A DNA stretch of 15,544 nucleotides from Bdellovibrionales bacterium (GTDB lineage Bacteria; Bdellovibrionota; Bdellovibrionia; Bdellovibrionales; UBA1609), in assembly GCA_050246815.1 (NCBI GenBank), contig JBFWVI010000063.1:1-15544 (forward strand), written 5' to 3'. Positions within the stretch are counted from its first letter, which is position 1, and each line of letters starts with the position of its first letter. This document shows positions 1-7,754 of the stretch, piece by piece. A program made the translations under genes and the position numbers. The notes under the pieces are model-generated. The model searched no databases. It was given only the letters and a program-made list of their open reading frames with translations, and was not told the origin of the DNA.

Positions 1-727
1 CGATACTTTTTGATTCAACCAACGCATATTGATAGTTGGCATTGCTTAAGTCGGCCTTGATCAAAGAAATACTTTTCCAAAGAGCGGGCATCAACGCGGC
101 AAAGTGCTCGCTCATGACTTTGACTTTAAAAATAAACATGCCGGCGTTCCAAAAGTGATGCCCCGACTGGATGAATGTTTCGGCCGTTTGGCGATCCGGT
201 TTTTCACGAAAGCCTTTGACGACCAGGGCCTTCAGGCCTCCACCCGATTTTAAGACTTCGTTCGAGGTCTCGATGTAGCCATATCCTGTGGCCGCATAGC
301 GCGGCTGAATACCGAGGGTGACCACTTCGCTATTTTGCGCGCATTCGATACCTAAACGAACCGCGCTCGAAAAAGCCTTCACATCGGTGATCAAATGGTC
401 GGCCGGAAAGATCCCGACAATCTCTTCTCCCTTGCCTTGCAGTTGCAGCAAGTGACAAGTCAACGCAATGGCCGCAGCGGTGTTTTTTGCCATGGGTTCA
501 AAAATCAAGTGCTCAACGGGCAGCCCAGAATCCTTGGCGGTACGCTTGGTCAGCGCGTCCATCTCTTTGACGGTGACGATGTAGGGCGCGCCGAAGTCCT
601 TCAAACGATCCACCGATGTCCGCAGAAACGAATGATCGTAAAAATCGCAAAATTGTTTCGGGTAATTGGCCCGCGACACCGGCCAAAGCCGGGTCCCGCT
701 GCCGCCCGAGAGGATGACGGGGATCAT
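1..727 (-). CDS. manC: Mannose-1-phosphate guanylyltransferase (GDP-mannose pyrophosphorylase), 3' end runs off the window
   Basis: Not in the ORF track (no stop in window). Hand translation from ATG 727: MIPVILSGGSGTRLWPVSRANYPKQF...EPMAKNTAAAIA...FPADHLI...VTLGIQPRYAATGYGYIE...FREKPD...WNAGMF, all ManC motifs. A C-terminal isomerase domain cannot be seen. Confidence 0.95.
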   Translation of the reverse strand, partial: MIPVILSGGSGTRLWPVSRANYPKQFCDFYDHSFLRTSVDRLKDFGAPYIVTVKEMDALTKRTAKDSGLPVEHLIFEPMAKNTAAAIALTCHLLQLQGKGEEIVGIFPADHLITDVKAFSSAVRLGIECAQNSEVVTLGIQPRYAATGYGYIETSNEVLKSGGGLKALVVKGFREKPDRQTAETFIQSGHHFWNAGMFIFKVKVMSEHFAALMPALWKSISLIKADLSNANYQYALVESKSI

Positions 728-733
728 GGCTGA

Positions 734-739
734 ATCATA
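734..739 (-). promoter_or_regulatory. Putative -10 hexamer (TATGAT) 6 nt upstream of the manC ATG, leaderless-type arrangement
   Basis: Minus strand reads TAG-cgc-TATGAT-tcagcc-ATG; 5/6 match to TATAAT; no Shine-Dalgarno in the 15-bp gap; no clear -35. Confidence 0.4.
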
Positions 740-742
740 GCG

Positions 743-1990
743 CTACTGCGAATCGACGGGTACATTTTTTTTAACTGCAGGCAGGGGCAAGGCCAAAACC
801 AAACCCCAAACCATCATCAACGTATGATTGACCTCGCCGTCAAAAAAACTTGCTTCGGTCAAACCATTAAAGTGTAGCAGCACTTGGGCACCAAGCAGCC
901 CCAATGCCAAAACACGTCCCCACTCCCAAAGGCTACCCCGAATTAAGCTGTAGGTTCTTTTCAACAAAAGCCCAAGCAGACTCACAAATAAGGTAAAGCC
1001 GATCAGCCCGGTACCGCCCAACCACTGAAAATAAGTGTTGTGTGCGTGACTAATAAAGCCCCTGGTGATTTGTAAGCGCTCGAAATACTCGGGCAGATGT
1101 TTGTAGTTTTCACCGTACCCAACACCCAACAAGGCGTGATCTTGAAACATCGCATAGTTGGCACGCCAAAGTTCAAATCTTTCGCGATAGGTGTCACTTT
1201 GAAAATCCAGCATTCCAATCAAACGATCGCCAATGCCGGGCACCAGGGTCCCAAGGCCCAAGACCAACAAGCCCAATACAAATAATATCGCGGTATGCTT
1301 TGGTTTTAATTCGACGGCAAACATAGTCAGCAGGGCCACGCCAAACGACAGCCACGCACCCCGACTCAAAGAGGCCACCATGGCAAACGCGCCAATGGCG
1401 GCTATCGCATAATAGAGGGGGTGGCGAAAACAACTCCGGCGAATTAGATGCGCGTAGGTCACACACAAACACATTCCTAAAACAGCCGCAAATGTCAGTG
1501 GCATGTTGAAAAGCCCCGTGGCTCGCCAAAATGGCCCGAACGGGTAAAGAATTTGGCGACTGCGAAAAACCTCAACTCCAGTCAAAAATTGAAAAGCCGC
1601 ATAGGCGCTGACCAAGCCCAATAAACACCACCACCACTTCATGTGCTGCTGGTCCTCGGGCTTGAGCCACCATCGAAATGCGAGGGCAAACGTGGGCAAT
1701 AATAAAATCCAACGCGTCTCACCGATCACAACTAAGGTGGCTTTGAAATCCTGGATATTTTGTACAGCTCCCACGGCTAAACTCAGCCACAACACTCCAA
1801 GCAGGATCAAAACCGGTCTCATTCCATCCATTTGAAAATCAGCGCGGTAAATACGGCGGCGCACCAACTCGACCACCACCAGCACAAACAAGAGCCACGA
1901 AAAGATCTCCATGGCCGCCATACTCGTTAAAATGGCGGCCAGGTTTAGAGCCAAGAGCGCGCGCCCGAGCTTTGTAATCAGGTTCTTCAT
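743..1990 (-). CDS. O-antigen ligase-family (Wzy_C domain) polytopic membrane protein
   Basis: Many hydrophobic segments; RATGLFNMPLTFA, SLSRGAW, periplasmic loop RERFELW...LGVGYG and HAHNTYFQWLGGTGLIG motifs of WaaL/Wzy_C proteins. ATG 1990 (MKNL) preferred; GTG 1996 possible. Confidence 0.85.
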   Translation of the reverse strand: MKNLITKLGRALLALNLAAILTSMAAMEIFSWLLFVLVVVELVRRRIYRADFQMDGMRPVLILLGVLWLSLAVGAVQNIQDFKATLVVIGETRWILLLPTFALAFRWWLKPEDQQHMKWWWCLLGLVSAYAAFQFLTGVEVFRSRQILYPFGPFWRATGLFNMPLTFAAVLGMCLCVTYAHLIRRSCFRHPLYYAIAAIGAFAMVASLSRGAWLSFGVALLTMFAVELKPKHTAILFVLGLLVLGLGTLVPGIGDRLIGMLDFQSDTYRERFELWRANYAMFQDHALLGVGYGENYKHLPEYFERLQITRGFISHAHNTYFQWLGGTGLIGFTLFVSLLGLLLKRTYSLIRGSLWEWGRVLALGLLGAQVLLHFNGLTEASFFDGEVNHTLMMVWGLVLALPLPAVKKNVPVDSQ

Positions 1991-1996
1991 GACCAC

Positions 1997-2002
1997 AAGG
2001 TA
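1997..2002 (-). promoter_or_regulatory. Putative -10 hexamer (TACCTT) 6 nt upstream of the ligase-family ATG
   Basis: Minus strand reads gcgc-TACCTT-gtggtc-ATG, same spacing and same gcgc prefix as upstream of manC; TAnnnT pattern; no clear SD. Confidence 0.3.
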
Positions 2003-2039
2003 GCGCGATTAAAGCCAGCACTCACGCACCACTCGGCAG

Positions 2040-2068
2040 TTGACTTTGCGCGTTGCTCAAGCCAACTT
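2040..2068 (+). promoter_or_regulatory. Putative sigma70-type promoter for the dehydratase gene
   Basis: TTGACT (2040-2045, 5/6 to TTGACA), 17-bp spacer, CAACTT (2063-2068, keeps the key A and final T), then 7 nt to ATG 2076. Confidence 0.45.
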
Positions 2069-2075
2069 AGGCGCA

Positions 2076-3959
2076 ATGAAAATCTTCGGCCGAATCCGTC
2101 TCTCACATCTGCTAACCGATGCATTGGTGATCGCAGGGAGTGTTTATCTGAGCGTATTTTTACGCGTAGGCACACACGGCTTTGAAGACTTTTTGCCGAT
2201 CATCCACCGCTATCTGCCGCTGATTTTGATCACTCGCTTGCTTTTCTTGTATGGCATTGGCAGCTACCGCATTTTGTGGCGCTACGTTTCGGCCATGGAC
2301 GCATTTCGTTTAGCACAAGGGGTCGCGGCTTCAACGGCATTGATCGTCTTTACCAGCTTCTTTTTGACGGACTGGTGGGGGCGTTTGCCGCGCTCAGTTT
2401 ATTTTATCGACGCGGCTGTGGTGACAGGACTGCTGATGGGTGTGCGATTGCTACGTCGAATCCAAAGCGAAAGCCAGTCTAACAAACAAATCCAGGGTGG
2501 ACTGCGCACCTTAATCTATGGCGCGGGCATGAACGGCAAAAGCCTCGCCAGTCGCTTTCGTTCTGACGCCACATTGAATCTAAATGTCGTGGGCTTTGTC
2601 GATGATGATCCGCAAAAACAAGGTCTATCGATTGCCAATACCCGAGTGTTGGGTACCCGCCACGATCTAGAGAGCTTGATGCTCGACTTGGGCATCAATC
2701 AACTCATCATTTCGATTCCCAATGTCTCAGGCGCTGTCTTACGCCAAGTGGTTACACTCTGTGCCCGCCACAATGTCCGACCGCTGATGACTTCGCGCTT
2801 TGCGACCTCACACGAGGAGTCCTGGCGTGACATGAATCTAATGCGCTCAATTGATCTGAATGATCTTCTCAATCGCCCGGCCTGTGAAATTGATGTCATT
2901 TCGGTCCAAAATTTAGTCCGTGGCAAACGTGTTTTGGTAACTGGCGCCGGCGGCTCAATCGGTTCGGAGTTAGCACGACAGGTGCTAAGCCACGGCCCTG
3001 CAAAGCTGATCATTTTGGACCATTCCGAATATAACCTGTTCGAAATTGATCGTGAACTTAGGGCCTATTCTCAAAGTCTAGATCGAGTCGTACCAATTTT
3101 GCTGGATTTAAAAGATCATCGTGCCGTGCAAAGCCTGATGCAAGAACATCGGCCCGATATCGTGATCCACGCCGCGGCCTATAAGCATGTGCATTTGGTC
3201 GAGACCAATCCCTTTTCGGCGATTCAAAACAACATTGGCGCCACCAAAAATTTACTGGAGTCCTGTAAGACCAACCAAGTTGAAGTTTTTCTGCTCATCT
3301 CGACCGACAAAGCGGTCAACCCCGCTGGAGTCATGGGCGCCACGAAACGAGTTTGCGAACTGATGACCACAGCCACAGCCCTTGAAACTGGACGACGCTT
3401 TGGTTCAGTGCGCTTTGGTAATGTGCTGGGCAGTAGCGGCAGCCTGATCCCGACTTTAACCGAACAGATCCGCAAGGGCGGCCCTGTCACCGTTACCCAT
3501 ATCGACATGACCCGCTATTTTATGCTAATTCCTGAGGCCGTGTCTCTGGTGCTGAAGGGTTGCACCATTTCTAAGCCCGGTGACATCAACGTATTGAAAA
3601 TGGGCGAACCCGTCAAGATTGTCGACATCGCACGCAATATGATCGCACTTTCTGGCAAAACCGAAGAGGAAATCCCCATTGTCTTCACCGGCCCACGGCC
3701 AGGGGAAAAGTTATTCGAAGAGCTTTACATCCGCGGCGACGAGCTAAAAACGGAACATCCCGATATTTTGACTTTACCAATGGGCGATTCGACACTTCAT
3801 CTCAACTCACAACAAGTGCATTCACTGAAGACCCTCGTTGACAAGATGTTAAGGTACGCCGAGGGCGCGCAGCGGGAGGCCTTGGCCCTTCTCACTCAAC
3901 TGGCAAAGACCAATATGGCTGCGGATCAAACTTCTCAGCCCGATCAGGTCAACCGCTAA
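2076..3959 (+). CDS. Membrane-anchored UDP-GlcNAc 4,6-dehydratase, PglF/WbpM/CapD family
   Basis: About four N-terminal TM helices, IYGAG and VGFVDDD middle domain, SDR domain with VTGAGGSIGSEL, HAAAYKHV, STDKAVNP, MGATK (Met replacing the SDR Tyr, typical of this family), RFGNVLGSSGS, MTRYFM, RPGEKLFEEL. ATG 2076 preferred to TTG 2040. Confidence 0.93.
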   Translation: MKIFGRIRLSHLLTDALVIAGSVYLSVFLRVGTHGFEDFLPIIHRYLPLILITRLLFLYGIGSYRILWRYVSAMDAFRLAQGVAASTALIVFTSFFLTDWWGRLPRSVYFIDAAVVTGLLMGVRLLRRIQSESQSNKQIQGGLRTLIYGAGMNGKSLASRFRSDATLNLNVVGFVDDDPQKQGLSIANTRVLGTRHDLESLMLDLGINQLIISIPNVSGAVLRQVVTLCARHNVRPLMTSRFATSHEESWRDMNLMRSIDLNDLLNRPACEIDVISVQNLVRGKRVLVTGAGGSIGSELARQVLSHGPAKLIILDHSEYNLFEIDRELRAYSQSLDRVVPILLDLKDHRAVQSLMQEHRPDIVIHAAAYKHVHLVETNPFSAIQNNIGATKNLLESCKTNQVEVFLLISTDKAVNPAGVMGATKRVCELMTTATALETGRRFGSVRFGNVLGSSGSLIPTLTEQIRKGGPVTVTHIDMTRYFMLIPEAVSLVLKGCTISKPGDINVLKMGEPVKIVDIARNMIALSGKTEEEIPIVFTGPRPGEKLFEELYIRGDELKTEHPDILTLPMGDSTLHLNSQQVHSLKTLVDKMLRYAEGAQREALALLTQLAKTNMAADQTSQPDQVNR

Positions 3960-3963
3960 AAGG

Positions 3964-5097
3964 CTACGGTTTTGAAAGCAGCTGCTTGTATAAATTTAAA
4001 ATTTTTGTTGCTTCTGTTTCCCAGTTAAAACGTTCAATCACTGCTCGGCGACCGGCACGACCGCGGCTGGCGGCCTCTTCGGGATGATTTAAAATTTCTT
4101 GAAAGACTCGAGCTAGTTCTTGCGAGTTATTGGGATCCACCAACCAACCATAACTTTCGCCATCTAAAAGCTCGCGCCAGGCAGGAAAATCCGACGCAAT
4201 CACGGGCAGGCCCGCCGAAAGGTATTCAAATAACTTATTGGGCATAGCCTCAAAATGGTTGGCCAGCGGCAAGAAGGTGACAACTCCACCTTGGCATTGA
4301 GCCATGATCTGAGCGACCTTTTTTCGCTCACACTGACCGTGGTAAACAACATTTGCCCAACCCCTCATTTGTTGAGCCTGCAGCCGTAAAGTCTCATTTT
4401 CGAATTCGCCAATCAAATGCAATCGCATGGGCGTCCGCTCAAGAGATTCAATCAAAGGTAAAATTCCACGCGCCCGCGTGATCACACCAACGTAACAGAC
4501 TGCGGCTTCACGCGCGCCAGACTGCACGGCTGCACTAAGCTCGTCTCGCATGGGGTAATTGTAAGCGCCAATGACCGAGCGGGTGTAACCACGAATGCGC
4601 GATTCGATCGATGTTGTAGCGGCTACACTTGCACTCAGTGCACGAAACCAGACCTGTTCGGCACACAAGATCAGGGCGGCCACCGGCTTGCGCAGCAAGC
4701 CCGGAATCCAGGGCTTATCTAAAACTTGCTTAGGCAAGCTTTCATGCACATCAAAAACCACCCGATAGCCCATCAGACGAAGTAAAATTCCGTAGGGTAT
4801 CAGCTCTGGATCATGAAAATGGAAAAGGTCGGGCCTGAGCTCTAAGACTTTGCAAAAGACTCGGTAGGCGCGAACAATCATACGAGCCGCGCGGCCCCGC
4901 CCATAGCGACCAACATCGTGGATTTTCACATTGTCGCGAATTTCATCTCCCAGGCCATCGGCCACGACCAAGTGGGTATCGAATTCTTTCGAAGCTGAAA
5001 CCGAACGACACTGCTTTAAAAATATCCGCACGTCATAACGCGGATGGGCTGAAGTACCATGGACGATTCGCCTGTTACCACGATTTTCGTAGCTCAT
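3964..5097 (-). CDS. wbpH: GT4-family glycosyltransferase, WbpH-like
   Basis: TSAHPRYDVRIF, HFHDPEL, FDVHE, PNKLFEYLSAGLPVIASDFP, FNWE; by recall resembles P. aeruginosa WbpH throughout and sits directly after wbpG. ATG 5097 overlaps the upstream gene by 23 bp. Confidence 0.85.
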   Translation of the reverse strand: MSYENRGNRRIVHGTSAHPRYDVRIFLKQCRSVSASKEFDTHLVVADGLGDEIRDNVKIHDVGRYGRGRAARMIVRAYRVFCKVLELRPDLFHFHDPELIPYGILLRLMGYRVVFDVHESLPKQVLDKPWIPGLLRKPVAALILCAEQVWFRALSASVAATTSIESRIRGYTRSVIGAYNYPMRDELSAAVQSGAREAAVCYVGVITRARGILPLIESLERTPMRLHLIGEFENETLRLQAQQMRGWANVVYHGQCERKKVAQIMAQCQGGVVTFLPLANHFEAMPNKLFEYLSAGLPVIASDFPAWRELLDGESYGWLVDPNNSQELARVFQEILNHPEEAASRGRAGRRAVIERFNWETEATKILNLYKQLLSKP

Positions 5098-6226
5098 AAC
5101 CCCTGCCTTCAATCGCCTGCTTGACACGGCTCAACTTCGAACGCCACCAGGTATTTGTCGGGAAGTCTTCGTGGCGAAGTGGCAGTGATTGCATTATCGC
5201 CTGCCACTCTTCTTCCTCAACCTCAAGCTTGTCTAAGAAAAAATTTTGATCACGACGACGATCACGCTCTTGGTAAAGCGGTAAACGCAGCTCCTCAAGT
5301 GCCTGCTCGCGACTGATTTCTCCTGCCACAATCATGCTGGCAAGATGCGCTCGCCTTTTGTCAAAACCGAATTTAGTTGGCAGATAATAGGCTTGAAAAA
5401 ATTTGGTGAAAACAGACTCGTGATGTTTACCGCCATAATCGCGCCAACCATAATGCTCTATTAAAATGCGCTTGGCGACTTCGCGTTTGTAGCCAATATC
5501 GTTCAAAAGCCGGTAGTTACGAACTCCAACCCAGTAGGGATACTTAACATACGAGTCAAATCCCGACATAATCGGGTAGTTTTTTAACGGGCCACAGTCA
5601 TAACGATGAGCAATCGCCTTAAGATGGACCAGGTCGCGGGCGTCGTGACCCCAGCTGCCTGGCAAAATTGCTTCACTGCACAGGTTCCCACCCGAAATAA
5701 AATCCTTCACGCCATGGCGCATGGCGAACAGATTGTTAACGGCGACAATAGCATGGTCTTGAGGAATGTCGCAGTTGGGAACCGAGGCCTTGAAAAATGC
5801 GACCTGCAATCGACGCATTGTCGGCCAGTCGACAACATAGGTTTCTAGATCCAAATTCAGACGGCTTACCAAGTTGTAGATATTGCTGACTGCGATCTCA
5901 CTATTCCAACCTGTATCACAATGAACCGCCAGTATTCTGAGGCCTAGCTCTTTCGCTTTAATCAAAGCAAAACTGCTGTCGACGCCGCCACTAATACCCA
6001 TCACGCAGTCATAGGCGGCGGCGTGATTGCGCTCACGAATCTGGTCGATTCGCGCCGATACTCGTCTTGCCAAAACCTCTGGCGGTTGGCGAAAGGCCTG
6101 CCATTCATTTTCAGCTCGCAGACAATGAACACAGGTGCCCTTTTCATCAAATGTGATTTGTGGATCCGAGGTGTCCATGACGCAACGGGCACAGATTTGA
6201 TATGGCCTAGTTTCAATTGGTAGCAA
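5075..6226 (-). CDS. wbpG: N-acetyl sugar amidotransferase (WbpG/WbuX family, PP-loop ATPase), acetamidino formation
   Basis: N-terminal CARCVMDTSDP...CVHC Cys pairs, PP-loop SGGVDSS, DTGWNSE, DIPQDHAI, YGGKHHES, KFGFDKRRAHL. Start put at in-frame TTG 6226 (GGAGG 6 nt upstream); ATG 6244 is the alternative. Confidence 0.9.
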   Translation of the reverse strand: MLPIETRPYQICARCVMDTSDPQITFDEKGTCVHCLRAENEWQAFRQPPEVLARRVSARIDQIRERNHAAAYDCVMGISGGVDSSFALIKAKELGLRILAVHCDTGWNSEIAVSNIYNLVSRLNLDLETYVVDWPTMRRLQVAFFKASVPNCDIPQDHAIVAVNNLFAMRHGVKDFISGGNLCSEAILPGSWGHDARDLVHLKAIAHRYDCGPLKNYPIMSGFDSYVKYPYWVGVRNYRLLNDIGYKREVAKRILIEHYGWRDYGGKHHESVFTKFFQAYYLPTKFGFDKRRAHLASMIVAGEISREQALEELRLPLYQERDRRRDQNFFLDKLEVEEEEWQAIMQSLPLRHEDFPTNTWWRSKLSRVKQAIEGRGYELRKSW

Positions 6227-6968
6227 ACGCCGCCTCCAATTCATCTTTGGCCGGGTGGTTGATTAAAACCGCGCGATAGCGCCCATAAAAAACAAACCAG
6301 CTGCCCACGGCGGCGGCCGACGCGCCCGCCCGCCTAGCCGCGACAAGGTCGTCTATGCGGCCTGCGCCCCCAACAGCAACAATCGGAATCGAAACTTGAG
6401 CTGCAGCTTCCTGGACAATCTCAAGATCGAAGCCATTCATCTCGCCATCATGGTCAATGTTGCGCAAATAAAGTTCACCTGCACCCAAATCTTGTGCACG
6501 ACGAACCAAAGAAATCCAATCTTCCTTCACCGACTGCTGACCATTCTGTATGTAGACTCTCTTTAGGCCCATTTCGGATCGAACATCTAAAGAAACGACC
6601 GTGGCTTGCGAGCCAAACTCCGTCGCGATCTGGCTGATGGCCCGCGCATTTGTAGTCAATGCCGAATTGAAAACCACCTTTTCAAAGCCACTCCGCAAAA
6701 TCCGACGTGCGGGCTCTACATCGAACAAGCGGCCCGCGTAGGCCAACGGCATAAACGCCTGCGAGCTAAGTTTTGCCAAATAGCCAAAATGTTCTTCGGT
6801 CCATGCGGCTTTAGGACCAATGTCCGCGATCACCATTTCATCAACTTCTTTTGCATTGAAAATTCTAAGCGCGTTGATCGGGTCTCCCACGTAAACGGGC
6901 GTGCGAAATCGGCGAGTGCGAAATAAGCCCTCAGACGTCATGGTCAGCACAGGAATCACACGAAACAT
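6213..6968 (-). CDS. hisF2: HisF-like protein (HisF2/WbuZ/AglZ type) of the sugar amidination complex
   Basis: RVIP, YVGDPINALRIFNAKEVDE, AFMPLAYAG, GAGEL, IDHDGEMNGFD, IPIVAVGGAG, FVFYGRYRAVLI. GAGG SD; ATG abuts the hisH2 TAG. Confidence 0.9.
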   Translation of the reverse strand: MFRVIPVLTMTSEGLFRTRRFRTPVYVGDPINALRIFNAKEVDEMVIADIGPKAAWTEEHFGYLAKLSSQAFMPLAYAGRLFDVEPARRILRSGFEKVVFNSALTTNARAISQIATEFGSQATVVSLDVRSEMGLKRVYIQNGQQSVKEDWISLVRRAQDLGAGELYLRNIDHDGEMNGFDLEIVQEAAAQVSIPIVAVGGAGRIDDLVAARRAGASAAAVGSWFVFYGRYRAVLINHPAKDELEAAFATN

Positions 6969-7595
6969 CTAAACCTCAACCCCAAAATAGTTGGCCATAA
7001 ACTGCATACCAAACCGGTGGCTTTTTTCAGGGTGAAATTGCACCCCCCCGATATTGTCCTTGCCACAAGCCGCAGAAAAAATTTGGTCACCATAGGTCGC
7101 CAATGCAGAAGATTGGGCCGAAGCAGTTACATAAAAAGAATGGACAAAATAAAAGCGACTTGGCATGGGCAATAATGCTGCGGCAGAGTGCTTCTCTTGA
7201 ATCTGCAACGATGACCACCCCATATGCGGCACTGGATACTTGCTTCCGTCAGGCCGAACACCAGAAAATTTTCTCACTTCACAATCGAGCCAACCAAGTC
7301 CCTCGGCATTCCCTTCTTCGCTACGTTGACACATCAATTGCAAGCCAACACAGATTCCAAGAATCGGAACGCCACGCAGACGTGCATCCTGAAGGGCCGG
7401 CAAAAGTTCACGCTCTTTGAGGTTATTCATCGCCGTCAAGAAATGGCCATTGCCAGGAATCAAAATGGGAGCAGAACCCTTTAGGTCTTCCGGGCGCCCA
7501 GCCATTGTGGCCGACAAACCCAAATAGCGGATTAAATTCACTAAGGATCCAACATTGCCCATGCCGTAATCCAGAATTCGCGCGTCTGAACTCAT
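6969..7595 (-). CDS. hisH2: Class I glutamine amidotransferase, HisH-like (HisH2/WbuY type)
   Basis: DYGMGN, GICVGLQ (nucleophile Cys), VPHMGW, FYFVHSF, QFHPEKS (His-Glu). ATG 7595 gives a typical HisH length; ATG 7634 possible. Confidence 0.92.
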   Translation of the reverse strand: MSSDARILDYGMGNVGSLVNLIRYLGLSATMAGRPEDLKGSAPILIPGNGHFLTAMNNLKERELLPALQDARLRGVPILGICVGLQLMCQRSEEGNAEGLGWLDCEVRKFSGVRPDGSKYPVPHMGWSSLQIQEKHSAAALLPMPSRFYFVHSFYVTASAQSSALATYGDQIFSAACGKDNIGGVQFHPEKSHRFGMQFMANYFGVEV

Positions 7596-7686
7596 CGAAG
7601 ATTGATACCCCTGCTTAGCAAAAGGGTTTAACATGCCGCCTGAAAACCGCCAGCTACAACTGCTACTCTCGACATAGATTCAGTCA

Positions 7687-7702
7687 CGACGCTTATGCGT
7701 CG
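7687..7702. repeat. Short inverted repeat CGACGC-TTAT-GCGTCG in the divergent intergenic region
   Basis: Perfect 6-bp GC-rich arms with a 4-nt loop, followed on + by CATTATTTTTT. Function unassigned. Confidence 0.5.
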
Positions 7703-7754
7703 CATTATTTTTTGCAACAGACATCGCCAAAGAATCTTTATATCTTCTCTCACT

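Noticed and set aside
395..733. 112-aa plus-strand ORF
   Set aside because: Antisense shadow of manC, which has clear motifs.
2040..2075. TTG 2040 start for the dehydratase
   Set aside because: No SD; the TTG is part of a good -35 hexamer, and ATG 2076 fits better.
6213..7634. Histidine biosynthesis operon
   Set aside because: No other his genes, HisF lacks the Asp11 equivalent, and the pair is coupled to wbpG.
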